The notes below the pieces were generated by a model. It worked only from the letters and a program-made list of their open reading frames with translations, was not told where the DNA came from and did no database searches. DNA of 64,000 nt from NCBI GenBank assembly GCA_021785735.1, contig JAJYEP010000001.1:29-64028 (forward strand). The letters are read 5' to 3'. The position numbers and the translations under genes were made by a program. Positions within the stretch are counted from its first letter, which is position 1. Each line of letters starts with the position of its first letter. Origin of the DNA: Thermoplasmata archaeon. Its GTDB lineage: Archaea; Thermoplasmatota; Thermoplasmata; Thermoplasmatales; Thermoplasmataceae. Of the stretch, positions 47,958-58,593 are shown one piece after another.

Positions 47958-49359
47958 ACATTGTGCCGTAGTTGGAATATACGGCAAAGAACAGGCATTT
48001 TACGATCTGCTTGTGTCACTGAAAGCGCTACAGCATAGGGGCCAGGAAAGTGCAGGTATTGCAACATTCGACGGTTCCGTTGTGCATCTCAAGAAAGGAA
48101 TGGGGCTTGTTTCAGAAGTTTTTCCGGAGCGTGAAGGTGTCACTTATGGTTCTTTGTCCGGGAACGTAGGAATAGGTCACACAAGGTATTCCACACAAGG
48201 AACTAAGACCATTGAGAATGCAGGTCCGTTCGTCATTTCAAATTCAATAGGATACATGGCCATCTCTCACAACGGCGAAATCACCAATGCTGAACCATTG
48301 AAAGAAGAACTTAAGAAGAAGGGATCTGCCTTCCTGACATCATCAGATACCGAAGTCATGCTGATGGAACTTTCAAGGGAAATAGTTGAAAAGGGAGTAA
48401 AAAACGGCTTCAGAGCTGCAGTTTCAAAGCTGAAGGGCGCCTATGCTGTTACCGTCCTGATAAACGACCGGCTCTTCGGTCTAAGGGATCCACTCGGTAT
48501 AAGGCCACTTGTTGTAGGAAAGGTGAGAGACAACTATGTTATTGCCTCAGAGAGTTGTGTTTTTGAATCTCTTGACGGTGAGATGATTCGTGATATCAAG
48601 CCGGGAGAACTGGTTGAGATTACAAATGATGGTGTAGAATCAATATTCACGGTGAACAATGGTAAAACAGCGCATTGCATGTTTGAGTACGTCTATTTTG
48701 CGAGACCTGACAGTATAATAGATGACATGGAGGTTTTCACCGTCAGGACGGAGATTGGCAGGTTACTGGCGAAAGAACATCCGGTGGATGCAGACGTTGT
48801 TATACCGGTTCCTGACTCAGGACGAGCTCAGGCTCTTGGTTTTTCCAACGAATCCGGGATTCCATACAGCGAGGGACTGATCAAAAACAGGTATTCCGGC
48901 AGAACATTCATTATGCCGACGCAGAAAAGTAGATCTGCAGCGGTCAAGCTAAAGCTTAATCCCATCAAGTCGGTGATATCCGGAAAGAAGGTTGTATTGG
49001 TCGATGACAGCATAATAAGGGGAAACACAATCAGGCACATTGTCGCAATGCTGAGGCGAAATGGTGCCGCAGAGATTCACGTGAGGGTCGGTTCTCCTCC
49101 CATAGCCCACGCCTGTTATTTCGGAGTTGACATGAAGACAAAGGATCAGTTTGTGGCAACCGGAAAGACTGTCGATCAGATCAGGGAAGAGATAGGTGCT
49201 GACAGCCTCGGGTATCTTTCAATCCATAACCTGACAAAGGCGATTGGAAAACCCGGGAAAGCACTCTGCCTCGGTTGCCTTACCGGCGAATATCCGGTCA
49301 ACATTGCCGGTGAAAAGTACTCATATCAGGCGGAGCTCGAAGGTTACCAGGTCTCATGA
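47905..49359 (+). CDS. purF: Amidophosphoribosyltransferase
   Basis: CAVVG nucleophile after a propeptide, LQHRGQESAG, GHTRYST, VDDSIIRG; GTG 47905 with SD GAGGTG. Confidence 0.95.
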   Translation: MGSPTPESDPTIGQKPDEHCAVVGIYGKEQAFYDLLVSLKALQHRGQESAGIATFDGSVVHLKKGMGLVSEVFPEREGVTYGSLSGNVGIGHTRYSTQGTKTIENAGPFVISNSIGYMAISHNGEITNAEPLKEELKKKGSAFLTSSDTEVMLMELSREIVEKGVKNGFRAAVSKLKGAYAVTVLINDRLFGLRDPLGIRPLVVGKVRDNYVIASESCVFESLDGEMIRDIKPGELVEITNDGVESIFTVNNGKTAHCMFEYVYFARPDSIIDDMEVFTVRTEIGRLLAKEHPVDADVVIPVPDSGRAQALGFSNESGIPYSEGLIKNRYSGRTFIMPTQKSRSAAVKLKLNPIKSVISGKKVVLVDDSIIRGNTIRHIVAMLRRNGAAEIHVRVGSPPIAHACYFGVDMKTKDQFVATGKTVDQIREEIGADSLGYLSIHNLTKAIGKPGKALCLGCLTGEYPVNIAGEKYSYQAELEGYQVS

Positions 49360-50187
49360 TCTGATTTTCATCTTATCTGATATGGTTTTTTTCATCGACG
49401 CCACATCGATAATGGTATGTGCATAATCGGCTCTTACTGCAATTGCGAGTTTGTTTGCTATTGTTCTGGCCACCCTGCCCCTGTAACGTGGAGGAAGGGA
49501 AGCAAGTCCTGCATACTTGAATATTATCCCATGTTTCGGATTCCTGGTGCCCCTCCTCATATGGCTGAAAAATGCCTTCTCTGCCCCAATAATCTGCAGG
49601 GTGCCTGCAGGCATCTTGATCATCTTCTTGAGACCTCCTGATATAACCAGAAAGTCTATTGCGAGATCGACACCAAGAAGTTCGGTCACATTTGGGAAGG
49701 AAGTTCTGACTCTTTCAGAAAGAAAAGTATTAACCCTGTCCCTCAGGTCGCAGACGTTGACTCCCGCATCCGAGATAGATTCCATTATGGGAAGCATCCC
49801 ACTTCCCTCCTGCGCAGGCTTGAAATTTCTTATGTAAATGCATGGATCCTGGTTGGTCTTATCATAGCCTGCGAGGATTCCAAAGCCCTGTATTTTCTCA
49901 TAATACGAATTGATGATTTTATGAAGTTCGTTCCTGAATATCCCGAGCTTCACAATGTACATGTCATCTGTGAATTCTTCTTTTATCCTTTTTTTCTCGT
50001 ATTCCAGAAGGAGGTTCCTTAAATCTGGGACTTTCTTTCGGCTGGTTACTCCATCCTCTGTTTCCGGAATTTTTCCTCCTCTCAGTTCCTGGAAAATTTC
50101 CATGTGGCCTGTTTCCAAATTTTTGAACTTTTTTATTCCTTCCCTGGTTTCCGTACCGTACCATTTCACTTTTTCTGGGTTCGACAT
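49354..50187 (-). CDS. nop5: Nop-domain protein (Nop5/Nop56-58 like)
   Basis: MPAGTLQIIGAEKAFF, PKHGIIF, RGRVARTIANKLAIAVRAD. Confidence 0.85.
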   Translation of the reverse strand: MSNPEKVKWYGTETREGIKKFKNLETGHMEIFQELRGGKIPETEDGVTSRKKVPDLRNLLLEYEKKRIKEEFTDDMYIVKLGIFRNELHKIINSYYEKIQGFGILAGYDKTNQDPCIYIRNFKPAQEGSGMLPIMESISDAGVNVCDLRDRVNTFLSERVRTSFPNVTELLGVDLAIDFLVISGGLKKMIKMPAGTLQIIGAEKAFFSHMRRGTRNPKHGIIFKYAGLASLPPRYRGRVARTIANKLAIAVRADYAHTIIDVASMKKTISDKMKIRS

Positions 50188-51070
50188 GTTTTTCACTCAC
50201 ATCAGGCGGGTCTATAAGAATTCTGTCAAAATCCACAACCTTCACGTCGGATATTTCCTCTGCAGGAGTAAGCATTATCCCTGTACCCACCACGCCGTTA
50301 TCTTCGGAAATGACACAGACCCTGTCGCCTTTGACAGGGTTTCCAATAACAGCCTTAATTCCGCCAGGGTAAAGATCGGAACCGTGGGCGATTGTTCCCA
50401 TGGCGGATTTCTTGATCACGATCTTTGGCTTGTCCCTGAAGAGAAATATTGGCGGGATGAGAATCTTCCGCAGAAGTCGATTATCACCTTTCTTGAGCAA
50501 TTCTGAGGCATCACTGACATCCTGCATTGTAACGCACATATCCTCCGTGAATGGTCCGGTGGAAATTCTGCGAAGCTCCTCAAGCTGTCCGCCACCGGAA
50601 GTCATGTATCCAATATCCACGCACAGGGTACGTATATAGGTACCGGAATCGCATCTGACTTTGAAGAGAACTTCTCTGCCCTTCATTTCCAGGATGTCAA
50701 GTGAATAAATTCGCCTTTTTCTTAGGGTTCTTGCCACCGCTGACCTGACCGGCGGAATCTGATAAATCTCGTCCGTGAAGAGGGAAAATATCTCCCGCAC
50801 TTTCTTTTCATCAACATCACCATGGAACCTCATGACTCCGACATATTCCTTCGGATCTTCATGTGCAACATCGATAAGCCTTGTGGAATGCCCGAGTGCC
50901 ATGACCAGAACCCCTGAAACTCCAGGATCAAGCGTGCCAATATGCCCCACCCTTTCCACATTTAGCATTGTTCTGACCCAGTAGTCTATCTGATGGCTGG
51001 TGGGTCCCTTCGGCTTGTCTATTACAATAAAACCGTTGAGTTCATCAGCATGTAGGGTTGATTCCTGCAT
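49964..51070 (-). CDS. cbf5: RNA-guided pseudouridine synthase Cbf5/TruB with PUA domain
   Basis: DKPKGPTSHQ, GHIGTLDP, YQIPPVRSAV, GTYIR; start moved to ATG 51070. Confidence 0.94.
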   Translation of the reverse strand: MQESTLHADELNGFIVIDKPKGPTSHQIDYWVRTMLNVERVGHIGTLDPGVSGVLVMALGHSTRLIDVAHEDPKEYVGVMRFHGDVDEKKVREIFSLFTDEIYQIPPVRSAVARTLRKRRIYSLDILEMKGREVLFKVRCDSGTYIRTLCVDIGYMTSGGGQLEELRRISTGPFTEDMCVTMQDVSDASELLKKGDNRLLRKILIPPIFLFRDKPKIVIKKSAMGTIAHGSDLYPGGIKAVIGNPVKGDRVCVISEDNGVVGTGIMLTPAEEISDVKVVDFDRILIDPPDVSEKHVEPRKSEMVRYGNQGRNKKVQKFGNRPHGNFPGTERRKNSGNRGWSNQPKESPRFKEPPSGIREKKDKRRIHR

Positions 51071-51578
51071 ATATAATGTCGGCCCCCTCTTCTGCTGAAA
51101 TCTTCGTCGTATCAATTATGATATCATAGTATTCGGGAATCCTGTAATCGATTCCATAATATTTCATATATCTCTTAAGTTCTGAAGCTTCTCTTTCCTT
51201 GACAAGCTGCATAACCTCTTCCCTGGTACCGCCCTCTCTCTTCATCACTCTCTCGATCCTGACCTCGATGTCTGCGTCGATATATATCCTTGTTGCATCT
51301 ATGGCATTCTTTGTGGCAATCCATCCGGCAAGCCTGGATTCAAGCACGATGTCTTCTTTTGCCCTCAGTAATTGAAGGAGTCCCTGATCCTGTTCCCTGT
51401 CAATTTCAGGGTTTGTTTCTGCGTATTTTCCGAACTCTGCAAGGGTCATATTATGTTTTCTGGCATTCTGCCTGAAAATTTCTCCGCCGGAGATGAACTC
51501 AATCTGCAGTTTTCTGGACAGAAGAATGCCAACGGTCGATTTACCGCTTCCTATTGGGCCACTAAGCGTAATTCTCAT
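51045..51578 (-). CDS. cmk: Cytidylate kinase
   Basis: SGPIGSGKST, SGGEIFR, ESRLAGW; conserved position. Confidence 0.92.
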   Translation of the reverse strand: MRITLSGPIGSGKSTVGILLSRKLQIEFISGGEIFRQNARKHNMTLAEFGKYAETNPEIDREQDQGLLQLLRAKEDIVLESRLAGWIATKNAIDATRIYIDADIEVRIERVMKREGGTREEVMQLVKEREASELKRYMKYYGIDYRIPEYYDIIIDTTKISAEEGADIIYAGINPTC

Positions 51579-52267
51579 TGGATCATATCTGCTGAAGTTT
51601 GCCTTTCGGCTTTCTTGATCTTGTAGTTGAAATCAATGTACTTTATCACCATGGTCGTGAAATAACCGATGATCAGGTTCGCAAACATGTAGATAGCTAT
51701 CCATGTGGGTACTATCCAGGCGGTAGAAGTGGCTATATTGAGGTTTGTGCCCCAGGGAACCGATATCAACTGGTATGAAAGTGAATCAACGAAAATATAC
51801 ATCCAGATGAAGAATAGGAATATGAAAACAGTGAGGACCATCAAAGGCTTCATTGTATTCATGCTCACCATCTGACTCTCCATCATCATGTCAGTCTGCA
51901 TCTTCCTCATCTTCTGTATTTTGTCACGCTTATTTTCTTTCAATGCTTCCCGATATGCCTTGCTGAAAGCCCTGCTTCTGGATTGTATTCTTCCCATCCT
52001 CAGCCAGTCAGTGAAAAAGTATCTTGGAACTGAAAGTATCAGACCTATTAAAACACCTGAAACTATGATTGTCAGGATGGGATAATGGCCTCCAAATCCG
52101 ACCAATGGGTAGAAAATGGAGTTTAAGCTCGAACCGATTACCACTCTTAATGTGGGATTTGTTATCACTATGATCATTGCAAAACTGACCATCAGATAAA
52201 CCATCTGAAACAGCAGGAACTTCTTCTGCTCGGGACTTACCGGTGGCGGTGCGTTACCTCTCTGCAA
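51575..52267 (-). CDS. DUF106/EMC3-TMCO1 family membrane protein
   Basis: TM, coiled coil, then MKPLM..F..W; located between adk and cmk. Confidence 0.82.
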   Translation of the reverse strand: MQRGNAPPPVSPEQKKFLLFQMVYLMVSFAMIIVITNPTLRVVIGSSLNSIFYPLVGFGGHYPILTIIVSGVLIGLILSVPRYFFTDWLRMGRIQSRSRAFSKAYREALKENKRDKIQKMRKMQTDMMMESQMVSMNTMKPLMVLTVFIFLFFIWMYIFVDSLSYQLISVPWGTNLNIATSTAWIVPTWIAIYMFANLIIGYFTTMVIKYIDFNYKIKKAERQTSADMIQ

Positions 52268-52269
52268 GC

Positions 52270-52824
52270 TTAATCACCTCTTGTAAGTGCCTTTATTATC
52301 ATGCTTGATGCATAATCCGGATTGCCTTCCGGGTTATTCAAGAAGCTCACAGTGGCCCCGGAATATACTGCATAACTGATGGCGAAACTGCGATTCACAG
52401 CCTGGTGTTCTGCTATCTCTGACATGGTATCCTCGTCTCTCTTCCTTGTATGATCTCTGCTTCTCCTGTCCTTAATAAGTTCAGGTTCGGCCTCTATCAG
52501 GAAATACGATGACACTTTCAGTTCCCGCAGCACCCACTCTGGTAATCCAGGCAGATAACCGTTTGGAGATTTTATAGCCATATGGGTATCGATTATCACA
52601 TTATCCATCTTCCCGATTGCAGCTGAAGCCTTCTTCTGGAGATTGATCTGGGTATCCACGCTTAACTTTCTGAGTTCGTCTCTGTCCTTGACGAGATTGA
52701 TTTCCCTTGCCATCTCAAACATCAGTGTTCCATAGTTAATAATATCGTAATGAGTCTGTTTTGACACTATTGCCAGTACCGTTGATTTTCCCACACCGGC
52801 CACACCTGATATGACGACTCTCAT
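52270..52824 (-). CDS. adkA: Archaeal adenylate kinase
   Basis: GVAGVGKST, NYGTLM, IDTH, GYLPGLP. Confidence 0.95.
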   Translation of the reverse strand: MRVVISGVAGVGKSTVLAIVSKQTHYDIINYGTLMFEMAREINLVKDRDELRKLSVDTQINLQKKASAAIGKMDNVIIDTHMAIKSPNGYLPGLPEWVLRELKVSSYFLIEAEPELIKDRRSRDHTRKRDEDTMSEIAEHQAVNRSFAISYAVYSGATVSFLNNPEGNPDYASSMIIKALTRGD

Positions 52825-54591
52825 TTATGCCCCCGCAAAGAACTGTCTTATTACTGGATGCATTTCCATTAATTGTTCTTTCCCCAAAGCCTCGTAGAAT
52901 TGTATAACTATACCTACGGCAAGCAGAAGACCGGTTCCGCTCGTATCACCAACAGTACCGATAAGATTCGCTCCTGCCGCCAGGAGCCCTACGGCAGCGC
53001 CGCTGAAAACGGTTACAGCAGGAATATATTTCTTCAACACGCGCTCCATGATCTTCGGATCCCGCCTGAATCCCGGGATCTGCATACCACTAGACTGAAT
53101 CTGCTTTGCAACAGCACCTGCACCCATATTCGTGGTTTCAATCCAGAACTTTGCAAATATTATACTGAAAATAACCATGAAACCTACGAAGGCAAGAATA
53201 TGGATCGCCTCATCTAGGGCCGTATGCCCGAATAGAATGTTGCTGTATACCGAAGGGCTGATAATGGGGAAAAGCCAGTCGGCAAGACCATTAGGGGATG
53301 AAAGATAGAAAGCAAGCCCGCCTGTAGGTGTTGTATTGGAAATCGAACTTCCGTAGATCGAAAGCTGCGTTGCTGTAGGATACGCACCCAGAAGGGGATT
53401 ATGCCCCAAAAGAGGGATATGACTCAAAACTGGGCTATTCCAGAAGAGGAGAGTCCACATGGCAACGTTGGCAAGCAACGCGGTTGCAAGTATCACAGGT
53501 ATGTTTGATGCATAGAATAGCTGGATGGGATATCTTCCCCTAGCACCCCTCACCCTTTCGTGGGCGATGGGCAGCTCTATTTTACTGCTCTGGAAGTATG
53601 CGACAATGAAGAATATCAAAAGTGTACCCATCAGGGCAGTAATTGGATTTACCGGGGCAAATAGTAGCCTCTCTATACCTGTGTTATAAAGGTAGGATGA
53701 TGAAGAATTGAATATTATGTAAAACAGCTTTGGGATTGTTCCCGCAGGAGGATTATTAAGACTAAGCGGAAGTGTATTGGATGTGGGCAGCCAGTTTATC
53801 GCTCCTGTGAATAGCTGTTGTGAAACACCAGCAGCAATGAACAGAGAAATTCCTGATCCGATCCCGTATTTCGAAACCAGCTCATCAAAGAGGAACACCA
53901 GATACGTTCCAAAGAACAGCTGCGCGATAATGATGGTCTGTGCTAGGAATTCGCCATATCCTGGAAATGTGGCATTAAGAGTTGACACAAGTGCGGTATC
54001 AGGAACAAGATATCCAAAGGCCTGCGGTATAGCTTCCACAAATATCATTATAATGATCAAAAGCTTCTGAACACCCTGATAGACGGCCTTGTCCTCGGAG
54101 TTCTGCAGATCAAGGTTGAAGATCTTGGCTCCAGAGAACAACTGCATTACTATGCTTGCAGTAACTATCGGGCCAATTCCAAGGTCCATGAGAGACCCGG
54201 ATGCGCCTGCAAATATTGCCCTGAATGATGCGAACACATCGACTGTCTGTGAGGTGTTGAGTCCATAGATGTAAATGTTGGTAAGTATGAAATACAAAAC
54301 TACAACGAGGGCTGTCCAGAATATTTTCCACTTGAACTGAACATGCCCCTTGGCTTTTTTGACAGCCGGGAGCTTCGATGTTAAATATTCCAGTCCATAC
54401 AACTTGCTCTTCTTGGGTCCCACATAACTGAATATGAGGTATGAAAGGCCAAATATGGGGAATGTAAGTACCGCAGCAATTATCAGCGAAATGTAATCAT
54501 ATTTCCCAAAATAAGCGAAGGCAATAATCTCAATTATATAGAGTATGCCGATGGGAATAGCAACTCGTTTATTCCTCTGAATCTGATCCAT
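52825..54591 (-). CDS. secY: Protein translocase SecY
   Basis: LGIGPIVTASI, GIGSGISLFI, YASNIP, IPGFRRD. Confidence 0.96.
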   Translation of the reverse strand: MDQIQRNKRVAIPIGILYIIEIIAFAYFGKYDYISLIIAAVLTFPIFGLSYLIFSYVGPKKSKLYGLEYLTSKLPAVKKAKGHVQFKWKIFWTALVVVLYFILTNIYIYGLNTSQTVDVFASFRAIFAGASGSLMDLGIGPIVTASIVMQLFSGAKIFNLDLQNSEDKAVYQGVQKLLIIIMIFVEAIPQAFGYLVPDTALVSTLNATFPGYGEFLAQTIIIAQLFFGTYLVFLFDELVSKYGIGSGISLFIAAGVSQQLFTGAINWLPTSNTLPLSLNNPPAGTIPKLFYIIFNSSSSYLYNTGIERLLFAPVNPITALMGTLLIFFIVAYFQSSKIELPIAHERVRGARGRYPIQLFYASNIPVILATALLANVAMWTLLFWNSPVLSHIPLLGHNPLLGAYPTATQLSIYGSSISNTTPTGGLAFYLSSPNGLADWLFPIISPSVYSNILFGHTALDEAIHILAFVGFMVIFSIIFAKFWIETTNMGAGAVAKQIQSSGMQIPGFRRDPKIMERVLKKYIPAVTVFSGAAVGLLAAGANLIGTVGDTSGTGLLLAVGIVIQFYEALGKEQLMEMHPVIRQFFAGA

Positions 54592-55009
54592 CTACCTCTA
54601 CCGTAGTTCCGTAAGCAGAAAGCTTGTTTATAGCCTTTTCTGTAGCCTCCGGTATTATGATCTTGGACTTCAATCTGAATTCCCCTGATCCAAGCAGCTT
54701 ATGGTACCCCGCTGTTTTCAGGTCTATTTCAGCGATTCCGTTCTGTTCGTTCACGAAACCCCTGGATTTGAGGTTGTCAATCAGAGAAGCAAGTTCGCCA
54801 AGTGACAGGGGAACTTTTGGTTCACCGGGGTGATGACTAGTAAATCCATGGCCACCAAAGTGTTCAGGATCGTATTTCACCATCCATATCCACCTGTGCT
54901 TCCCAAGCCCGGCCATTCCGGATCCTCCTCTCTTTCCCTTTCCTCTTCCAGCCTTCATGCCACGTCCGTAGTGGCCGCCTCTCTGTTTCTTAGTTCTGCT
55001 TCTCACCAT
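54569..55009 (-). CDS. rpl15: Ribosomal protein uL15
   Basis: RGGSGMAG, KLLGSG; operon order. Confidence 0.93.
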   Translation of the reverse strand: MVRSRTKKQRGGHYGRGMKAGRGKGKRGGSGMAGLGKHRWIWMVKYDPEHFGGHGFTSHHPGEPKVPLSLGELASLIDNLKSRGFVNEQNGIAEIDLKTAGYHKLLGSGEFRLKSKIIIPEATEKAINKLSAYGTTVEVDGSDSEE

Positions 55010-55487
55010 TTAGATCCTCCCCCGGTACCAGCATCCTTCTGATCAGGTTGTTGATATCCTTTCCACGGTAGCCAAGCGTTCCACCTGTGCCATACTGTCT
55101 CCTGATGTATTCTAAACCTTTCCTTGGAGGATGAAGTCTCATCACAGGCACAACGCCTTCAAGTTTTCCGTATTTCAGCTTTCCATCCATAATTGCCTGC
55201 GCAAGCTCGGAGTAGCTTGATACTCCCGCTATCTGCTTGATCTTTTCCTCAGTAAGTTTCTTGTGCCCCTGTATCATGGCTCTGTACTTGAGTGCAAGTT
55301 CCATGGTTTCCCTGTCTATCTCACCCCAAGTAGCATAATCTTTGAATGCGTGAAGCATTCCCCTGGTTTCCGGCGTATCGTCAAGAAAAACCATATGGTT
55401 AATCTTGTGGAGGCGCAGAAGTTCTCCGGTTTTCCTTGCCCTAGGCTTAACTCCAGTGCTTCCTCTAATCCTTATGACCGCTAGCAT
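54990..55487 (-). CDS. rpl30: Ribosomal protein uL30
   Basis: [19 protein letters not shown]. Confidence 0.94.
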   Translation of the reverse strand: MLAVIRIRGSTGVKPRARKTGELLRLHKINHMVFLDDTPETRGMLHAFKDYATWGEIDRETMELALKYRAMIQGHKKLTEEKIKQIAGVSSYSELAQAIMDGKLKYGKLEGVVPVMRLHPPRKGLEYIRRQYGTGGTLGYRGKDINNLIRRMLVPGEDLNGEKQN

Positions 55488-56133
55488 TTAAAACACTCCC
55501 CACATATATCGGCGTACTTAGAATTATCGATGGATTAACTTTTATCTTTGATGTCTGAACAAGTGCATCAAAGGTCGCAAGAGCATAATTCACCGTGGTC
55601 TTGGTATGTCCCTTGGCAAATCCCCATGCATCTTCTATTCCAGCCATTTCAAGAATGATCTTGGCAATATCTCCCACTGCTCTTCCAACACCTCTTGGAG
55701 CAGGCTTCAAAGTTACACGAACAGATCCGGAAGACCCGTTCACCTCAAAGGGCAGTGTGTGTGCCCGTCCGCAGCCACATTCCCAGGATCCGCAACCTCT
55801 CTTGACTTCCATAATATGCATCTTTGCATTATTCACTGCCTTTCTGATTGCAGGTGCAGCCTCCTTAGCTCTTCCTCTGCCAACACCTACGTAGCCATCA
55901 CCGTTTCCAACCACTGCAGTTATGGAATAGCTCATTCGTCTGCCTGAGTCAGTCATTCTCTGGGCACGTTCAACATCCAGCACCTCGTCCTTGAGATCAG
56001 GAAGAAGGAAATCTATTATTTCAAATTCCTTCAACGGCAGCTTGCTCCTGATAACCTCTGATATAGTCTTTATCTTACCTTCAAAGACTAATTTTCCCAA
56101 CCTTGTTTTTGGAATCCACTGTTCTTCGCTCAT
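55465..56133 (-). CDS. rps5: Ribosomal protein uS5
   Basis: [25 protein letters not shown]. Confidence 0.96.
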   Translation of the reverse strand: MSEEQWIPKTRLGKLVFEGKIKTISEVIRSKLPLKEFEIIDFLLPDLKDEVLDVERAQRMTDSGRRMSYSITAVVGNGDGYVGVGRGRAKEAAPAIRKAVNNAKMHIMEVKRGCGSWECGCGRAHTLPFEVNGSSGSVRVTLKPAPRGVGRAVGDIAKIILEMAGIEDAWGFAKGHTKTTVNYALATFDALVQTSKIKVNPSIILSTPIYVGSVLNASGHKD

Positions 56134-56627
56134 ATTACCTCTTCCACCTTTTTCTTGTAAGTTTCTAAATTCTTCTTGATATCATCCTTGTTCTTTAAAT
56201 GGCTCCCACTGAGTCTCTTGTTGTTAGGAAGAATAGACTCGCTATGCGGTATATTACCGCCGGCATCAGCATATCCCTTCACTGCAGCAGATATCCTGCC
56301 TCCCTTGGTCATTTTTCTTCTTCCAGTATCAAGGATTACCTCTTCTATTCCGGACTTACCTGCGAATTTGCCAGCTGCAAATCCCATCAGATAGAATGAG
56401 GCGGTGCTGTTCCCCCTGATCCCTAGTCCCATTTTTTCGAGGGTCTTTGGAGTGATGGTCTTGAGTATGTGATCCCCTTCATTCCCAAACTCTACCAGTT
56501 GGACCACACCGCTTTTGGAGGTGGGTCTGACAACGAGTCTGGGCAATCCGGACTTGACCAGTCTGTATCTTTTCCTGTAATCGGTCAAGCCATTTCTTTC
56601 TCTCTTAAACTGTCTTGGTGTCTTCAT
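56130..56627 (-). CDS. rpl18: Ribosomal protein uL18
   Basis: [20 protein letters not shown]. Confidence 0.93.
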   Translation of the reverse strand: MKTPRQFKRERNGLTDYRKRYRLVKSGLPRLVVRPTSKSGVVQLVEFGNEGDHILKTITPKTLEKMGLGIRGNSTASFYLMGFAAGKFAGKSGIEEVILDTGRRKMTKGGRISAAVKGYADAGGNIPHSESILPNNKRLSGSHLKNKDDIKKNLETYKKKVEEVI

Positions 56628-57076
56628 TTAATTTCACCTGATGATCCGGCCTTTACGTGCGTGACCAGCTGAGCCCTCGACTGTATGGTTCCGCCCTTGA
56701 TAAAGCGGTAATACTTCCTGTACAGCTTCCTGTCGATCTGACCGCTCTGTTTCAACTTGAGCAACTCATCCCTCAATGACCGGATGGTTTTAACCCACCT
56801 GGATTTTCTGGGGAACCTGGCATATTTTGTGCCCTTCACAGAGCCTGGTCCTCTTCTTCTTTCCTTTGATTTCTGCTTTATCCTCTGCCTGAACCTTGCA
56901 CCGGAATTTCCCTTTGCAGGTTTAGCCTGAATGACATTTCTCCTGATGAGCGCACGAATGTCTGCTCGGGTGGCAGATTCGAGAATATCCTCGGTTGAAT
57001 TCGTATCAATCCAGACCCTGGACGTTCCGACTTTTAACATGTCTGCGGCAATCTTCCTTGCGGTTTCTGATCTCAA
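56624..57076 (-). CDS. rpl19e: Ribosomal protein eL19
   Basis: VGTSRVWID, RRGPGSVKG, WVKTIRSLR. Confidence 0.94.
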   Translation of the reverse strand: MRSETARKIAADMLKVGTSRVWIDTNSTEDILESATRADIRALIRRNVIQAKPAKGNSGARFRQRIKQKSKERRRGPGSVKGTKYARFPRKSRWVKTIRSLRDELLKLKQSGQIDRKLYRKYYRFIKGGTIQSRAQLVTHVKAGSSGEIK

Positions 57077-57484
57077 TTATTTCACCCCTCTGTTGAGTAT
57101 TTTCAGGTTCAGTTCGTCGGCTCTGGTCTCGATCATTTCCCTTTTGCGTGAACCAACATCGGAACCAATCCTTACTGCGAACCTTGTTCTGTCTATGGAA
57201 TCAAGTTCAGCAGGAGTGTGAACCAGTATTTCTCTGTAGCCTGAGGGATGAAGTCCTCTGACAGACACGGGTCCTCTGAATCCTGCATCAACTATTGGAG
57301 GTCTTCTGTCCTGCTGCTCTCTCTGCTTTGAATGCTTTCCTCTGGGTTTTCTCCAAGATTCTCCAAGCCTCTTGTATCTGAACCATTCCTGTCTCCTGAA
57401 TTCAACTCTTCTTCTTGCACGGTCAGTTTTGTACCTGAGTAGCCTTCTCTCCTCAGTGCTCATAGTCTGTTTTGCCTCAGACAC
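57077..57484 (-). CDS. rpl32e: Ribosomal protein eL32
   Basis: [23 protein letters not shown] start after GGAGG. Confidence 0.93.
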   Translation of the reverse strand: MSEAKQTMSTEERRLLRYKTDRARRRVEFRRQEWFRYKRLGESWRKPRGKHSKQREQQDRRPPIVDAGFRGPVSVRGLHPSGYREILVHTPAELDSIDRTRFAVRIGSDVGSRKREMIETRADELNLKILNRGVK

Positions 57485-58019
57485 TGTTCTCGCCTCCAAG
57501 CAAATATATTCCATCCTGGAATACTCTCAAATCGAATCCCTTTATCTTGGTGGCTCTTTCAATATTGGAGGCTGTGTGTCCTATTTCTTCTCTGTCTATT
57601 CCGGTTATGGTTACCCTATCCCCCTTGACCGTAACCTTGCAGCTGCCAACAATCTGGGCGGATCTTGCAGATCTTTCTCCGAGGAAGTTTTCGATCACAG
57701 TTTTATCACCCTTCACGGAAACTCTCATCGGAAAGTGCGTGTAATCGATCTTCATCTCATATTCATATCCTTCAGTGACACCCTTAAACAGAAGTTTTGT
57801 TATGGATGTCCATGTGCCGAGGATGGCACGGCTCCTGTTGTTGTTTTTGGAGATACTGAATATAAGTTTGTTTCCCGAAAGTTCAACTCTGACAAAGTTG
57901 TCCCTGAACGTTCTTCTGGTTTCTCCCTTCGGGCCAGTTATTGTCAGGAATCCATTGTCCAGAGTGACTTTAATCTGTTTTGGTATTTCAATTTCTTCCA
58001 TTTTCTCAAATTTGACCAT
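57477..58019 (-). CDS. rpl6: Ribosomal protein uL6
   Basis: [21 protein letters not shown]. Confidence 0.95.
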   Translation of the reverse strand: MVKFEKMEEIEIPKQIKVTLDNGFLTITGPKGETRRTFRDNFVRVELSGNKLIFSISKNNNRSRAILGTWTSITKLLFKGVTEGYEYEMKIDYTHFPMRVSVKGDKTVIENFLGERSARSAQIVGSCKVTVKGDRVTITGIDREEIGHTASNIERATKIKGFDLRVFQDGIYLLGGENSV

Positions 58020-58028
58020 CTGTTTCAC

Positions 58029-58418
58029 CTAATATATCCATGCGAGGAGTTTTCCTCCAAGACCATTTTTCCTTGCTTCAACATGACTCATAACTCCCTT
58101 TGTAGTGGTCATTATTATAATCCCGAAGTCCTGTGCAGGAAGATAGCGAGACTCATATTTTTCAAGTGTCTTGATCTTCACCGGAAATCTCGGCTTGATA
58201 ACACCGCAATTGTTGATGGTGTCACTGAGTGTAATCTTGAATTTGCTGCCCATCTTATCCTCTATCACCTCGAAGCTCTTGAGATAGTTGTAGTCCTGCA
58301 TCACCCTTAGAACTCTCCCGGTCATTCTTGCCGCAGGAGAAACCTCGATCTGATGTATCCCAATTTTTGAAGCGTTCTTTATCTGGTTTATTATATCATT
58401 TAACGGATCATGTCTCAT
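58029..58418 (-). CDS. rps8: Ribosomal protein uS8
   Basis: DPLND, INNCGVIKPRF, YLPAQDFG. Confidence 0.95.
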   Translation of the reverse strand: MRHDPLNDIINQIKNASKIGIHQIEVSPAARMTGRVLRVMQDYNYLKSFEVIEDKMGSKFKITLSDTINNCGVIKPRFPVKIKTLEKYESRYLPAQDFGIIIMTTTKGVMSHVEARKNGLGGKLLAWIY

Positions 58419-58427
58419 AAAATCACC

Positions 58428-58589
58428 TCAACTGTACTTCCTGAATCCCAGTGACGGGGCGGTCTCTCTGAAACACTGCCTGCACAATCTCAATCCGTAC
58501 CGCCTTACCAGGCCTCTCTTTCTCCCGCATCGCTTGCATCCATCCTTACGTCCAAACCTCTTTTTTGGTTCCAATTTGATTTTTGCCAA
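58428..58589 (-). CDS. rps14: Ribosomal protein uS14 (missed by ORF track)
   Basis: TTG start; ...[36 protein letters not shown]. Confidence 0.95.
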   Translation of the reverse strand: MAKIKLEPKKRFGRKDGCKRCGRKRGLVRRYGLRLCRQCFRETAPSLGFRKYS

Positions 58590-58593
58590 TTTT

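Noticed and set aside
57372..58310. 312-aa plus-strand ORF and many other antisense ORFs across the r-protein cluster and iorA
   Set aside because: Antisense shadows of conserved genes, with no recognisable motifs or start signals.
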